A DNA stretch of 63,983 nt, the filler included, from Octopus bimaculoides (taxonomy: Eukaryota), in NCBI RefSeq assembly GCF_001194135.2. It is 5 parts of 5 records of this genome, joined end to end, with 100 filler letters (N's around TTAATTAATTAA, not from the genome) between each part and the next. Parts side by side here need not be neighbours in the genome. Positions count along the whole stretch, not along the records: positions 18,098 to 47,897 come from NC_068988.1; positions 47,998 to 55,786 come from NC_069008.1; 3 more parts are not named here. The stretch is one strand, 5' to 3'. The notes beneath the pieces were generated by a model that was not told the DNA's origin, did no database searches, and worked only from the letters and a program-made list of their open reading frames with translations. A program made the position numbers and the translations under genes. Positions 39,191 to 52,242 of the stretch are shown here, one piece after another. The stretch's first letter is position 1. The number at the start of each line of letters is the position of its first letter.

Positions 39191-40222
39191 TGACGGACGG
39201 ACGGACGAACGGACGGACGGACGAACGGGCGGATGAATGGATGGATTGATGGATGGATCGATTGATCGACAATGGATAAATAGGTATAAATATGAGTTTT
39301 ACTTATGTCAAACAGCAAACATTACATCTTTAAAACAATCAATAACAGAAAGAGAGTGACTTCTAACCTTTTGAAAACATAAACGTACACACACGCACAC
39401 GCACACACACACACACACACACACATGTATAAAGAAGGCAAGAACAATAATAAAGCAGACGAAAATGGAAAGAAAGAAAGAGAAAGAAAGAAATAAAGAA
39501 ACAAACAAACAAACAAACAAACAAAAAAGAAGGAAACAAGCCAAATATCTCGTAGCTTCATCAGGTGCAGAGCAGTATGTCTTTCGAGTTTTTCCTCTCA
39601 GAGTTCAAATCACTAAGAGGCCAAACTTCGCCTTTCATTCTTGCAGTCATAAAAATGGACCATTTAAGCACTTGACTCGATCGGCTACCCATCCCAAACA
39701 ATTTCCTGTCTTATGCCAAAATTACGAAGAATTATATTTATATGTGCGTGTGTGTATGTGGGTGTGTGTGTGTATGTGGGTGTGTGTGTGTATGTGGGTG
39801 TGTGTGTGTATATNNNNNNNNNNNNNNNNNNNNNNNNNNNNNNNNNNNNNNNNNNNNNNNNNNNNNNNNNNNNNNNNNNNNNNNNNNNNNNNNNNNNNNN
39901 NNNNNNNNNNNNNNNNNNNNNNNNNNNNNNNNNNNNNNNNNNNNNNNNNNNNNNNNNNNNNNNNNNNNNNNNNNNNNNNNNNNNNNNNNNNNNNNNNNNN
40001 NNNNNNNNNNNNNNNNNNNNNNNNNNNNNNNNNNNNNNNNNNNNNNNNNNNNNNNNNNNNNNNNNNNNNNNNNNNNNNNNNNNNNNNNNNNNNNNNNNNN
40101 NNNNNNNNNNNNNNNNNNNNNNNNNNNNNNNNNNNNNNNNNNNNNNNNNNNNNNNNNNNNNNNNNNNNNNNNNNNNNNNNNNNNNNNNNNNNNNNNNNNN
40201 NNNNNNNNNNNNNNNNNNNNNN

Positions 40223-40292
<70 letters not shown>

Positions 40293-41269
40293 TTAGTGAT
40301 TTTATAAAATGAGTTTTCTTCTAGTGACATTTGTTTTGAAGGACATCTCATTAAAAGGTGCCCTTAAGAGTAATATGACGTAGACTAATTCAACACCGAT
40401 CTTGAGTGACACTACGACGTTTCTAAAGAAAATATTAAGGCCCCTCTTTGTCATTATCTGTCAATACGTAATTGTAGACTAGAAGGAGATATAGGTGTAT
40501 GTATTGTGTATTAAAGTGTGCTAAATGAGTTACAGTCTTAAGTATTTATAAATTTGTCAAGCTATCACTTATATATATGACATTTGTTTCATAAATTATT
40601 CGTTCTATATAAAATATTTCTAGATCTGATCTAAACAACTTTTGGTGAATACCCTGTAGAGAGAAAATATTTATCAGCGATACAACGATGTTAGTAGTTA
40701 TTGAGCTATAGTAATTTTTTTCTACCTTTTAAAAGGCACACCTCTTCAAATATTCAAAATTATTAACGCGTCCTTTGATGTAAGGGATAAAACATTGAAA
40801 TTGTTAAGTCAAACTGGCAAATTAAATATTGAAGTGTCTGTATCAAAACATTAAACATTTATCAGATATTAACATTAAAAAAAAATGACGGTATCAAGAT
40901 ATTGCTAATAAAAAAAAGACAGTATCAGGTCTTAAGAAGAAAAATGGAATCTAGATATTGCTATTAAATAGAACAGTCGCAAGATATTACAACAGAAAAA
41001 ATACGTTCTGGTTATTGCTAGTGTTGTTCATATAACTGTAAATGTGTGGTATTTCGGTGTTCAGAATGATGCGCGTGTTATGTTAAGCATCTATTCATAA
41101 ATGTGTATCGTTTATATGAAGTACGGACGAAAAAATCTATTTTGGAAGAGGAATTTGTTAGATTTACGTATCCTCCTCATCATCATCGTTCTTATCCTTA
41201 GCATCATCAATATCATCATCATTTTCACTGTTATCCTTATCATCCTCATATTATCATCTTCCAGAGTAA

Positions 41270-42527
41270 AAAGTATTAATGTACGTGGTCTGAAGTCAGG
41301 TTGGAAGCAAGGTTACTTGCTCAACATTCTCAGATTATTTAACTTGGATGTGGTAGTCATTCCTAAAACCAGGATTTCTAGGATACGCCCAGTCAGTCCC
41401 ATGTCTGACGATCACAGGACATTGTCTGATGGTATCAGGCGGTAGGGTATCAGTGCTTTTCCATAATGAATTAGGCTTAAAGGTTCAGACGTTCTTTCTG
41501 GATACGGCAGATAATTTAGCGGTACTAGATGTGTGTGACTAAAGACAGGTCCTTCAGACTAGCGGCCGTCTATGCACCCACCGGGGCTGGATGGCCAGAT
41601 ATTTTTAGACATCTAAAACCTTCCTAGAAATATCCTGCTCTTTAGTTTTAGTCGATAATTGGAATAGCATTTGGGCGTATGATGGGACTGGGCAGGGTTA
41701 ACCCATAGAAGAAGATGCAAGCCTCCGTCTGACAGGTACTGACTGGATTTCCCGAATGCGCTAATGTAGACGTGGAACAACAGCGTTGGGTCTTAGAGAA
41801 TTTGTTTGGTTAACTAAAAAGGGTATTCAAATTGGTTGGCTGTACCGATCACAAATTTGTGATCTTCACAGTTGCTTTAAATAGGACTCATAGATAGGAA
41901 TCCGGCTACTGGAACATGAACGCGTCTTTCCCGACCTGGAGAGATACTTAAGAGACATTTGATAGGAGCGATAGTCAATTGCAGGTGGTGGGTAATCCTG
42001 AAGAAGGTAATTAAACGTGGGCCAATAGAATTTGGTAGAGCGTAGGGTGACAGAGAGAAATAGATTTGAGGAGAAGCTAGTTAGTAAACTACAAGAGACA
42101 ATTAGAAGTGGCATCGCGACCAACGTGGTGGCGGCAAAAATAGCTCTCGACTATTTCTTCAATTCGAAACAGGAATGCTGCGTTGTCAGGGCTAGAGCTC
42201 GTGCGCTAAAATAAGAAGTCATTCGGTGAGTTCTGGTGGTGGAGGCGCAACATGGTAACAAGAACGCAATCCAGTTTTTACGGATCCGGATAGGCGCGTA
42301 CTGTGCGAGCCCACGCAAATGTGTGCGGCCTTCCAGCAGCACTTCGCCCAAAGTTTTAGAGAACATTATAGGTTACTGCGACTCTTGGAAGAAGAGGTTA
42401 GGCGCTGTAAAAGGTCAATAACAGCATCTGACATACGATAAGTACTGAACGATTGAGTAAGGGACAAATCGCCCGGTATGGATGGCCTGCTCTATGACTT
42501 TTATGGTCATATGCCAGATTTGTTAGG
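41270..42527 (+). mobile_element. L1/Tx1-like ORF2 N-terminus (APE endonuclease to start of RT), decayed
   Basis: SINVRGLKS..LLNILRLFNLDVVVI, FRLAAVYAP, GCTDHKFV, GYWNMNAS, KSPGMDGL.YDFY..MPDLLG; 3' end homologous to the start of 17315-17997. Confidence 0.8.
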
Positions 42528-42652
42528 TCGACTTTTCTCTTCATCTTTTCGGGATAGATGAAATAAGTTCCAGTTAAGTACTGGTTCGATATAATCGACT
42601 GGCCCCTCCCCACAAATTTCAGGTGTGTGCCTTTGCTAGTAAAGATTATCGC

Positions 42653-42707
<55 letters not shown>

Positions 42708-42725
42708 TTCATTATTATTATTATT
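42525..42725 (+). mobile_element. 5'-truncated SINE family A with (TTA)n tail
   Basis: AGGTCGACTTT..TTCATCTTTTCGGG..TAATCGACTGGCCCCTCCCCACAAATTTC followed by (TTA)n. Confidence 0.75.
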
Positions 42726-43824
42726 TCATTTCTAAGCAATATTAGGACATCTGAATCTGTCATACACAAAAGATTTCTAGCGAGTTTCCTTAAAAATTTA
42801 TATTTGTTGCTTGGTCATTTTTCATGTCAACGACTTCATATAGAAGGTCATATAATTTTGAAGTAAAATGTATTAGTTATCCAGGAGTAACTATAGCTGT
42901 AATCTCCAGTATAAAAGTAAACATCAAAAGTGTCCGCTGATATCCCAATATACTTCTTTATTGGAGCAGTAAATTTTGGAATCAATGATACATCTTCGCC
43001 AAACAACTTCATCCTGTGACAGGAACTTAGCCAAATCCATGTTCACAGCAGAATTTTCTCTTTGAAGGAAGGCGTCATGTCTTATGAAATAAACGCTTTC
43101 ATTTCGTCGAAGAGAGATGGTCAGATACAGAGATTGGGAGGGGGGGGGGTTGAGAAGACTGACGCTACAGGCATATTCGAAGTTATTAACGAGTCGTAGT
43201 ATTGTGCAGATGTATGCAATTTCGTTTGGATTATATGTATAGGCTATTCGAAAAGATTAACTAATATCCCACAATTTTGGTATGTACGGTTATGACGGTT
43301 TATCTATAATTACACGTTATAAACGTTACACAACTTTATAGAATAACTTATTATTCAAAAGCACGTAAAATACCAAGGTTGAAACAGAAATGATTTGAAA
43401 CCTTACTACAAAACCTCCGCAAACGATAGACTGTATAAATAGGGGACTTTTACCCCCCATCTAGCGTCTTTCGAATTTAATGGAAACATAAGGTGCAATT
43501 TCTGTACATCGGAGCTTCGTGAAATACTTTAAATAGGATTTGAATAATGTTTCGGAATGTTTCAAAGTATGTCGCCGCTTCCACATGATGCTGTTTAAAT
43601 TCTTGAGTCCGTAGGGTTGAATCAAACTTGCATGAAGCGATTTGACAATAGGCATAGAATAACCAAGTATAACACTTTATAAATTGTATAAAGTATAGCA
43701 CCCAACAAGTACACTATCCAACTATGAAAATACAAGAGACATCTACTGAGAAACAATATATTGTATGCCCCTCTAGATTATATATATATATACATACATG
43801 CATACATACATACATACATATACA

Positions 43825-44150
43825 CTGCCGCACTAGCCCTTACCTCTCCAACACCACCGTCCTCACAGGCACCTACACTTCTAGCAACCTCATCTCCTGC
43901 TCTCTCTATCCTTCTCTGTACATCGGTCAAACGGGAGGCTGCTTGGCTGACCGGTTCGCGGAGCACCTCCGAGACATCAGACTCGGCAGCGACACCCCCA
44001 TCTCGCGCCATTTCCGCTCTATCGGTCATTTTTTACAACACCTGTCTGTGTTCGGATTGTCCTTGTACGGGGGCTATCCGGACCCCGTCTTCGCCGTGAA
44101 CAGGAATTAATCTTAGCTCTTCGCTCCTTTGCGCCACATGGGCTCAACTC
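43825..44150 (+). mobile_element. Penelope-like element GIY-YIG endonuclease 3' fragment
   Basis: TYTSSNL..LYIGQTG..LADRFAEHLRDIR..TPISRHF..H..LSVFGL, then REQELILALRSFAPHGLN. Confidence 0.85.
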
Positions 44151-44729
44151 TCCTCCCCTCTTCATCTAACCCTTCTCTTCTCTCCTCTCTTCCTCTCACA
44201 CCTACTTCCTCCCACCCACCCCTCCTCTCTTGCTCAGGCACCTACTTCCCCTCTTCACTCTTACCCACCTCCCCCATTCCACCCTCTCCCTTCATCGCCA
44301 CCCCTTCCCCATTACCCCACCCCTATACATTCCAACCCCACCATCCTTATACATCCCATCCTTTACATCACCCCTGCTTCCCCACTCTCGCCTTCCCCAC
44401 AACCTAACACTACCACACTACGCACCACCATACCACACCACACATCACCACACCGCACGCTACCAGAACACACTACACCACATCATACCACACCGCACAC
44501 ACAAACACTGAACACTTCCCAGCAACCACACCAGCGCACACACTAGTACTGACCACTTCCTAGCACCTACAACATCATCCACACACGTACACATGCACAC
44601 ACGCACACCTCAAGGTCACCCGCCCCCTTCCAAACACACATAAGCGCTCTCACATACACAGGCACGACCACATTTGTTTTGGGATCACCACTACTTTATT
44701 ATCTCCATTTCTTCCTAGCTCTCCTGTGT

Positions 44730-44915
44730 GAGTCCTCTGTCCGGCGTTCGCCATGATAGATCGCTAACCACTAATTTAAAAAAAAAAATTGTCCCTGTTT
44801 ATTTCTGCGTTCCTTTCTGTCGAAGAGCGTAGGCACGAAACGTAAAAGACTTTTTCACTGTAGTTTACACACCCGTCTTCGTCTTTTGTTTTCTTTGTAA
44901 ATTCTCACTATATAT
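44730..44915 (+). mobile_element. Penelope-like pseudo-LTR end with minimal hammerhead-like motif
   Basis: CTTTCTGTCGAAGAGCGTAGGCACGAAACGTAAAAG at 44813-44848, downstream of the GIY-YIG fragment and a C-rich 3' UTR; ends CAC-(TA)n. Confidence 0.65.
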
Positions 44916-45906
44916 ATATGTATATATATATATCACTTCACTAATGAGTAAAGTTCACTTGCGAAACACAAATAATACCCACAAATAAGCCCTTTTAATG
45001 ACATATTTATATATAGATATTAATATTTCTAAATCTCTCTAAAGGAGACTACGGCAGCAGTACTGGATACTTATAGTTATCGAAAAATAGGGCGAATGCA
45101 TACCTAAATACATACATACATGTATATATATATATCNNNNNNNNNNNNNNNNNNNNNNNNNNNNNNNNNNNNNNNNNNNNNNNNNNNNNNNNNNNNNNNN
45201 NNNNNNNNNNNNNNNNNNNNNNNNNNNNNNNNNNNNNNNNNNNNNNNNNNNNNNNNNNNNNNNNNNNNNNNNNNNNNNNNNNNNNNNNNNNNNNNNNNNN
45301 NNNNNNNNNNNNNNNNNNNNNNNNNNNNNNNNNNNNNNNNNNNNNNNNNNNNNNNNNNNNNNNNNNNNNNNNNNNNNNNNNNNNNNNNNNNNNNNNNNNN
45401 NNNNNNNNNNNNNNNNNNNNNNNNNNNNNNNNNNNNNNNNNNNNNNNNNNNNNNNNNNNNNNNNNNNNNNNNNNNNNNNNNNNNNNNNNNNNNNNNNNNN
45501 NNNNNNNNNNNNNNNNNNNNNNNNNNNNNNNNNNNNNNNNNNNNNNNNNNNNNNNNNNNNNNNNNNNNNNNNNNNNNNNNNNNNNNNNNNNNNNNNNNNN
45601 NNNNNNNNNNNNNNNNNNNNNNNNNNNNNNNNNNNNNNNNNNNNNNNNNNNNNNNNNNNNNNNNNNNNNNNNNNNNNNNNNNNNNNNNNNNNNNNNNNNN
45701 NNNNNNNNNNNNNNNNNNNNNNNNNNNNNNNNNNNNNNNNNNNNNNNNNNNNNNNNNNNNNNNNNNNNNNNNNNNNNNNNNNNNNNNNNNNNNNNNNNNN
45801 NNNNNNNNNNNNNNNNNNNNNNNNNNNNNNNNNNNNNNNNNNNNNNNNNNNNNNNNNNNNNNNNNNNNNNNNNNNATATATATGTGTGTGTGTGTGCGTG
45901 TGTGTG

Positions 45907-45939
<33 letters not shown>

Positions 45940-46159
45940 ATGTATATATATATATCCATGAAGTATCAGATCACTATTCCTTGTAAAGGAGGTATTATTA
46001 GATTCAGTTTATTTGATACACTACGTTGGTCAAACATTATTCGATACTTACTTATTTCCTCATGTATAGTCACGAAGTAAACTTCTTTTTATAATTTGTA
46101 TTATATAATTATTATTATTTTTTTATGTACGACAAAAAAAATTCTGAGAAAGTTCTATT

Positions 46160-46179
46160 ATTAATAGTAATAATAATAA

Positions 46180-46250
<71 letters not shown>

Positions 46251-46273
46251 TAATAANNNNNNNNNNGATAGTG

Positions 46274-46339
<66 letters not shown>

Positions 46340-46909
46340 GTGATGATGTCGATGATGATGATATGGATGGTAAGTGTACGTCTTTAGTTTTGTGTTTGTT
46401 TGTTTTTTTTTTGTTTTTTATTAAATTTTCTATCATGTGCTATCTTATCATTTTATCTATCTAGAATGCTGTAGTGTCTCTACGGCATTCACTTTCAGCG
46501 AAGCAAAAGCGGAGAGTGAAGGGCAAGGAGGATGAAAAGAGATCGAGAGATAGAGAGATATAAAGAGAGATTATAGAGGCAAAGAGAGAGTGAGAGAGGG
46601 GAGAAAGTGACTGCCAGAAAGACAGAGAGAGAGAGAGAGAAAACGATAGATAGAGAGCTATAGAATGAGTGAGAAAGAGAAAGTGAAGGTGAATTATACA
46701 TTAAATGAACCCTACTAACATTAGATTCAGTCAAAACAAAAGAGAGGGGAAAAAATTATTACCATTATCTCTTTATTTCTATGGATTCTGGCCAGAGTTC
46801 TTGTAAATTATTGGCTAGTAATAGAATCATTTCTTTCTTTCAGGCATCAGTATCGCAGTCATCCATCATCATTATCGCGAACGTCATAGTCAACATCACC
46901 ACCGCCACG

Positions 46910-46940
<31 letters not shown>

Positions 46941-46957
46941 CCATCACCACCACCACC

Positions 46958-47015
<58 letters not shown>

Positions 47016-47315
47016 GTATCGTCTTTATCATGAATCTGATCAACATCATCGTCGTCAGCATATCGTCATCGTCATCATCACCACCTCCATCACCATTATT
47101 ATCGTCGTCTTTATTACGATTTTAATCAACATCATAATCGTCGTCATCTACTTCATCTCCCTCCTCCTCATCATCGTTATCATCATCACCATCATCATCA
47201 TCAGCGCTATCACCATCACTATCATCACCATCAGCAGCAGTACTTTCACTATCACCACCATCGTCCTCATCATCTATACCATTCCCGCCATCATTACAAC
47301 CACCACCACCGCCAC

Positions 47316-47355
<40 letters not shown>

Positions 47356-47400
47356 TATACCATTCCCGCCATCATTGCAACCACCACCACCTCCACCATT
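46160..47400. repeat. Low-complexity block: (AAT)n, AG-rich tract and long imperfect (CAT/CAC/CAA)n
   Basis: Directly visible; contains a ~40-bp duplication CATCTATACCATTCCCGCCATCATT.CAACCACCACC at ~47270 and ~47352. Confidence 0.9.
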
Positions 47401-47897
47401 TATATCTGGTCATCAACAGGAATCTTTTACATGGTCGCTTGACAAACAAGAAATAGTTGGCCAAAATCTCTTTCAAAAACACTATCAAATACTTTTAAAT
47501 CACATATTTTGTTTTCCTCGTTTTATAAAAAGCCACGACTTTCATGGTTAGAATGCCCTTCACAATTGGTCTACTCATAAATCTATTGAATAAAGGCTAA
47601 CTTACAATTCAACAATAACAATCTTCATTACTAGAAAGCTTACAACTTGCCTCCGTCCTTTACTTATTTCGCTTTGTCTTTTCTATACAAATACCGCCAT
47701 TTACATAAATTTAGGACCATCATGTTATATAACAGTTCGCATGGTATTTCAGTAAGGGGGGGGGGTGACCTTGTTAGTAAATTTGGTTCATGATCAAAAG
47801 AACATGCGTTCTTTTCCTAGTCTGGGCAAGACTTTGTGTCCATGAGCAAGATGCCTCACTTCATATTCCTCCAGTCTATTCTGCTATAATGAATAGC

Positions 47898-47997
47898 NNN
47901 NNNNNNNNNNNNNNNNNNNNNNNNNNNNNNNNNNNNNNNNNTTAATTAATTAANNNNNNNNNNNNNNNNNNNNNNNNNNNNNNNNNNNNNNNNNNNN
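47898..47997. other. Artificial scaffold-joining linker
   Basis: 44 N + TTAATTAATTAA + 44 N. Confidence 0.97.
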
Positions 47998-48180
47998 TAT
48001 ATATATATATGTATATATATATATATGTACATTTATTCATTTAACAACAATAACAGAATAGTTGGTTCAAGAGGAAAAATAGTTTCATAAATTTCATGTG
48101 AAGAATGTTAAATAATCTCATTCGTTAGGGTTTTCCATGTCAAGTCCATAATCAGAACATAATTTGCAATTTTCGTTTAC

Positions 48181-48215
<35 letters not shown>

Positions 48216-48469
48216 CTTTTCTCCCAGATAACATTCATATAAACATATTTGTATTTCCAACCAATAAAGTTATACAGTTACTTCTTCCCCATCTCACAAT
48301 CCTTGTCCTAACGCCTGTGCTTGTCGCTCTGTCAGGTTCTTAGCTCTAAACGCCCGATAGAAAACCACCTTCCTCTCTTCAAAACCCTTTCTTCATTTAC
48401 AGGAGATCTTACCTGTTCATCTTCTTGTGTCTTGCAAGTTACTAGGCAACCTCACTAATGATGGAACCA

Positions 48470-48780
48470 TTTAAAAAGCACCCAGTATATTCTGTAATGT
48501 GGTTGGCATTAGGAAGGGTATCCAGCTGTAGAAAACATCACAAAGCTGGTGGTATTGGAGCTTGTCAGAGCCTTGTGTCTCAACAGATCCTGTTAGACAA
48601 TTCAACCTTTGCCAGCATGGACAGCAGCACTATGGGCATACTGTTAGAAGGTCACAGGAAAGTGTCACGAGAAGAAGGTATCCTGTAGGGCAGTTTAACG
48701 TGGAAGGTACCTGAGTGTTGTAACCCCACGACCTTCCAAGGAATAGTGAGAGGCAAAAATGGACGGATGGATATTGGTCC
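48470..48780 (+). mobile_element. Family B repeat fragment followed by an RTE (Rex3/Expander-like) 3' end
   Basis: GGCATTAGGAAGGGTATCCAGCTGTAGAAA.. then ..CCCCACGACCTTCCAAGGAATAG..AAAATGGACGGATGG tail. Confidence 0.55.
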
Positions 48781-49050
48781 TCTTCCTCTCTTCTGCTCTC
48801 TGTCGAAGGGCACAGTGCTATATATTAGACTTTCCACTTCTTCTGGCAGTCAAACCAATTAACAGCCAATGATGACCTCTCTTATGAATTAATTATTAAC
48901 AATGCAGAACCACACCATTATTTTATTACCCTTAATTAGGGGCTAACTTGGGGTGCAACAGCAACATCAACAACAATGCCTAGCAACATATGTTTATATG
49001 TGACCTCTAAGTTGCCGGTTCAAACTCTAAGACAAACAGGGACTAACATC

Positions 49051-49446
49051 TATCTTTTCATTTTCTATTCTTTTATTTGTTTCCATCATTGGACTGCAGC
49101 CATCCTGGGGCACTGCCTTGAAAGATTTTTTTTGTCAAACATACGGACCCCAGTACTTTTCAAGTCTGGTACTAATTCTACCGGTCTCTTTTGCCAAGAA
49201 GCTAAGTAATGGGGATATAAACAGACCAACAATGGTTATTAGCAGTGGGGTGAAGACAGGACAAATGCAGACACAATGATATGCAAGCTTCCACACAGTT
49301 TCCACCTATCATATTTACTTTCAAGGCTTTGGTCAGTCTGGGGCTAAATTAAAAAAAAAAAACACTTGCTCCAAATGCCATGCAGAAGGATGGAACCCAA
49401 AAATATAGGGTTGCAAACCAAGCTTCTTAGCCACACAGCCATACCT
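49051..49446 (-). mobile_element. SINE family D, near full length
   Basis: Reverse complement starts GGTATGGCTGTGTGGCTAAGAAGCTTG (tRNA-like head) and ends CCAGGATGGCTGCAGTCCAATGATGGAAACAAATAAAAG. Confidence 0.8.
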
Positions 49447-49776
49447 AGAAGTGAAATGATATCCAGGGTTTGATACTCAGGGTCCGATACCAGGGGACTT
49501 TGTAAGACCTCCTTGTCCAATAAGACTGATGCAGATGGGTTTTTTTTTTGTTTTCCTTTTGATTTTTGTAAATGTAATTATTGCTTTCCAGTTACTAATT
49601 AGCTTGTAAATGAAATCAATTATCTGCATTTTCTAATTAACTTTTCTAATTAGCAGCATGTTCATGCATGATTAATTCAGATAGAGTTAAGGAGTAGGGA
49701 GAGGAATTCAAGAGTTTCTGAAGGAATTTGAGCAATATATATATATGAAGTAAGATGATTTTGGTTCTAGCTAGAT

Positions 49777-49993
49777 ATTCTTTTCTACTCAAGGCACAAG
49801 GCCCGAAATTTTGGGGGAAGGGGCCAGTCGATTAGATCGATTCCAGTATGCAACTGGTACTTAGTTTATCAACCCCGAAAGGATAAAAGGCAAAATCAAC
49901 CTCGGTGGAATTTGAACTCAGAACGTAAAGACAGACAAAATACCGCCAAGCATTTCGTCCGACATGCTAACGTTTCCGCCAGCTCATTGCCTT
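49777..49993 (-). mobile_element. Full-length SINE family A with target-site duplication
   Basis: Flanked by GGTTCTAGCTAGATATT (49763-49779) and GGGTCTACCTAGATATT (49994-50010), 15/17 identical. Confidence 0.9.
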
Positions 49994-50072
49994 GGGTCTA
50001 CCTAGATATTGAACCTGGAATGCTTGGAACTACTTCCTTCTTTCTATTCAATGGATGCAAGTTAAATGTAGT

Positions 50073-50266
50073 ATTCTTATATTCTTTTACTTGTTTGAAT
50101 CATTTTGACTGCAGCCATGCTGGAGCACCACCTTGAATGGCTTTAGTTGAACAAGTTGACCCTGAGGCTATAGTAGAAGACACTTGGCCAAGGTGCCATG
50201 CAGTGGGATTGAACCTAGAACCATGTGGTTCATAAGCAATCTTCTTACCACACAGCCATGCCTGCC
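50073..50266 (-). mobile_element. SINE family D, internally deleted
   Basis: Head and tail of family D joined at GACCC.GAGG; the central microsatellite-containing part is missing. Confidence 0.8.
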
Positions 50267-50451
50267 TCTATAGAATCTTCATTTACATCTCTAAAATATA
50301 GTACAAACTCCATTAATCTTCTCGGTACAAAATCATAAGGCATCTCATGTCTGAGCTGGTCAGCTATGAATGAAGAAGCTCTAAATAAATGATCTTCTGA
50401 CTAGGAAACAAGCCAGCAAGGGTAGGTCACTTTACCTGCTAAACATAGCAG

Positions 50452-50612
50452 CCAGTGGCTTTTTGGTTTGGGTATTTGGCTCATGATGAGAACGGTGTGA
50501 GTTCAATTCCCAGGAGAGTGCATTGTCTCCTTCAGCAAGACACTTTATTTCACATTGCTCCAGGCCACTCACCGAGCAAAAATGAGTTGTACCAGTAATC
50601 CAAAAGAGCCAT
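50452..50612 (+). mobile_element. Degenerate CORE-like tRNA SINE
   Basis: GAGTTCAATTCC B box, then CAGCAAGACACTTTATTTCACATTGCTCCAG..AAAAATGAGT. Confidence 0.65.
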
Positions 50613-50896
50613 TGGATCAACATCATAACTGATGGAGTAACAGTTCAATAACAGCTAAATTTTCTTCAATAAACTTTATCCTTTCCTTTAATCCTTTCTT
50701 TATTATTAAGAATCCAGAACCTATTTGTTTAAATTAATTTTTTTTAAAATAATAATGAACATTATGGAAAGGAGTTCTGATGTTATCAATTAACTGCTGT
50801 TGTTATTAACGCAAGACTTGCAAGACAGTTTGGGGTCCTTAGGGATGGCTTGAACTCCATTGATGTGGATTGTTTGCTGCATTATGTTTGGCATGT

Positions 50897-51194
50897 GGAG
50901 GCGCAATGGCCCAGTGGTTAGGGTAGCGGACTCGTGGTCATAGGATTGCGGTTTCGATTCCCAGACCAGGCATAGTGAGTGTTTATTGAGCGAAAACACC
51001 TAAAGCTCCACGAGGCTCCGGCAGGGGATGGTGACGAACCCTGCTGTACTCTTCCACCACAACTTTCTTTCACTCTTACTTCCTATTTCTGTTGTACCTG
51101 TAATTCAAAGGGTCAGCCTTGTCACACTGTGTCACGCTGAATATCCCCGAGAACTACGTTCAGGGTACACGTGTCTGTGGAGTGCTCAGCCACT
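50897..51194 (+). mobile_element. tRNA-derived SINE (separate family, Arg-like head), truncated by a gap
   Basis: GGAGGCGCAATGGCCCAGTGGTTAGGG (A box)..GTTTCGATTCC (B box) with no acceptor-stem closure, followed by a ~220-bp body. Confidence 0.75.
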
Positions 51195-51690
51195 NNNNNN
51201 NNNNNNNNNNNNNNNNNNNNNNNNNNNNNNNNNNNNNNNNNNNNNNNNNNNNNNNNNNNNNNNNNNNNNNNNNNNNNNNNNNNNNNNNNNNNNNNNNNNN
51301 NNNNNNNNNNNNNNNNNNNNNNNNNNNNNNNNNNNNNNNNNNNNNNNNNNNNNNNNNNNNNNNNNNNNNNNNNNNNNNNNNNNNNNNNNNNNNNNNNNNN
51401 NNNNNNNNNNNNNNNNNNNNNNNNNNNNNNNNNNNNNNNNNNNNNNNNNNNNNNNNNNNNNNNNNNNNNNNNNNNNNNNNNNNNNNNNNNNNNNNNNNNN
51501 NNNNNNNNNNNNNNNNNNNNNNNNNNNNNNNNNNNNNNNNNNNNNNNNNNNNNNNNNNNNNNNNNNNNNNNNNNNNNNNNNNNNNNNNNNNNNNNNNNNN
51601 NNNNNNNNNNNNNNNNNNNNNNNNNNNTATACATATATGTATAAATATATATATAATCTGTGTGTGTGTGTGTGTGTGTGTTTGTGTGAA

Positions 51691-52031
51691 GGCGTATGGC
51701 TCAGTGGCTAGAGTGTCAGGCTCACAATCATGAAGTAGTGAGTTCGATTCCTGGACCAGGCTGCATGTCCTGTTCTTGAGCAAGACACTTTATTTCACGT
51801 TGCTCCAGTCTACTCAGCCATAGAAATGAGTTGCAACATCACTGGTGCCATGCTGTATCGGCCCCTTTGCCTTTATTTTGGATAACATCGGTGGCGTGGA
51901 GAGGAGAGGCTGGTATGCATGGGCGACTGCTGGTCTTCCATAAACAACCCTGCCCAGACTTGTGCCTTGGTGGGGAGCTTTCTAGGTGTAATCCCATGGT
52001 CATTCATGACTGAAGGGGGTCTTTACCCTTA
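51691..52031 (+). mobile_element. Full-length CORE-like tRNA SINE
   Basis: GGCGTATGGCTCAGTGGCTAGAG..GAGTTCGATTCC..CTTGAGCAAGACACTTTATTTCACGTTGCTCCAG..GAAGGGGGTCTTTACCCTT. Confidence 0.85.
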
Positions 52032-52062
52032 CTTTTCTTTATATATATATATATACATACAT

Positions 52063-52121
<59 letters not shown>

Positions 52122-52195
52122 NNNNNNNNNNNNNNNNNNNNNNNNNNNNNNNNNNNNNNNNNNNNNNNNNNNNNNNNNNNNNNNNNNNNNNNNNN

Positions 52196-52242
<47 letters not shown>

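Noticed and set aside
44129-44511. Pro/Ser/His-rich ORFs
   Set aside because: They arise from the C-rich low-complexity 3' UTR of the Penelope-like element.
50897-50970. tRNA gene (also 51691-51760 and 36970-37039)
   Set aside because: A and B boxes are present, but there is no closed cloverleaf and each continues into a SINE body.
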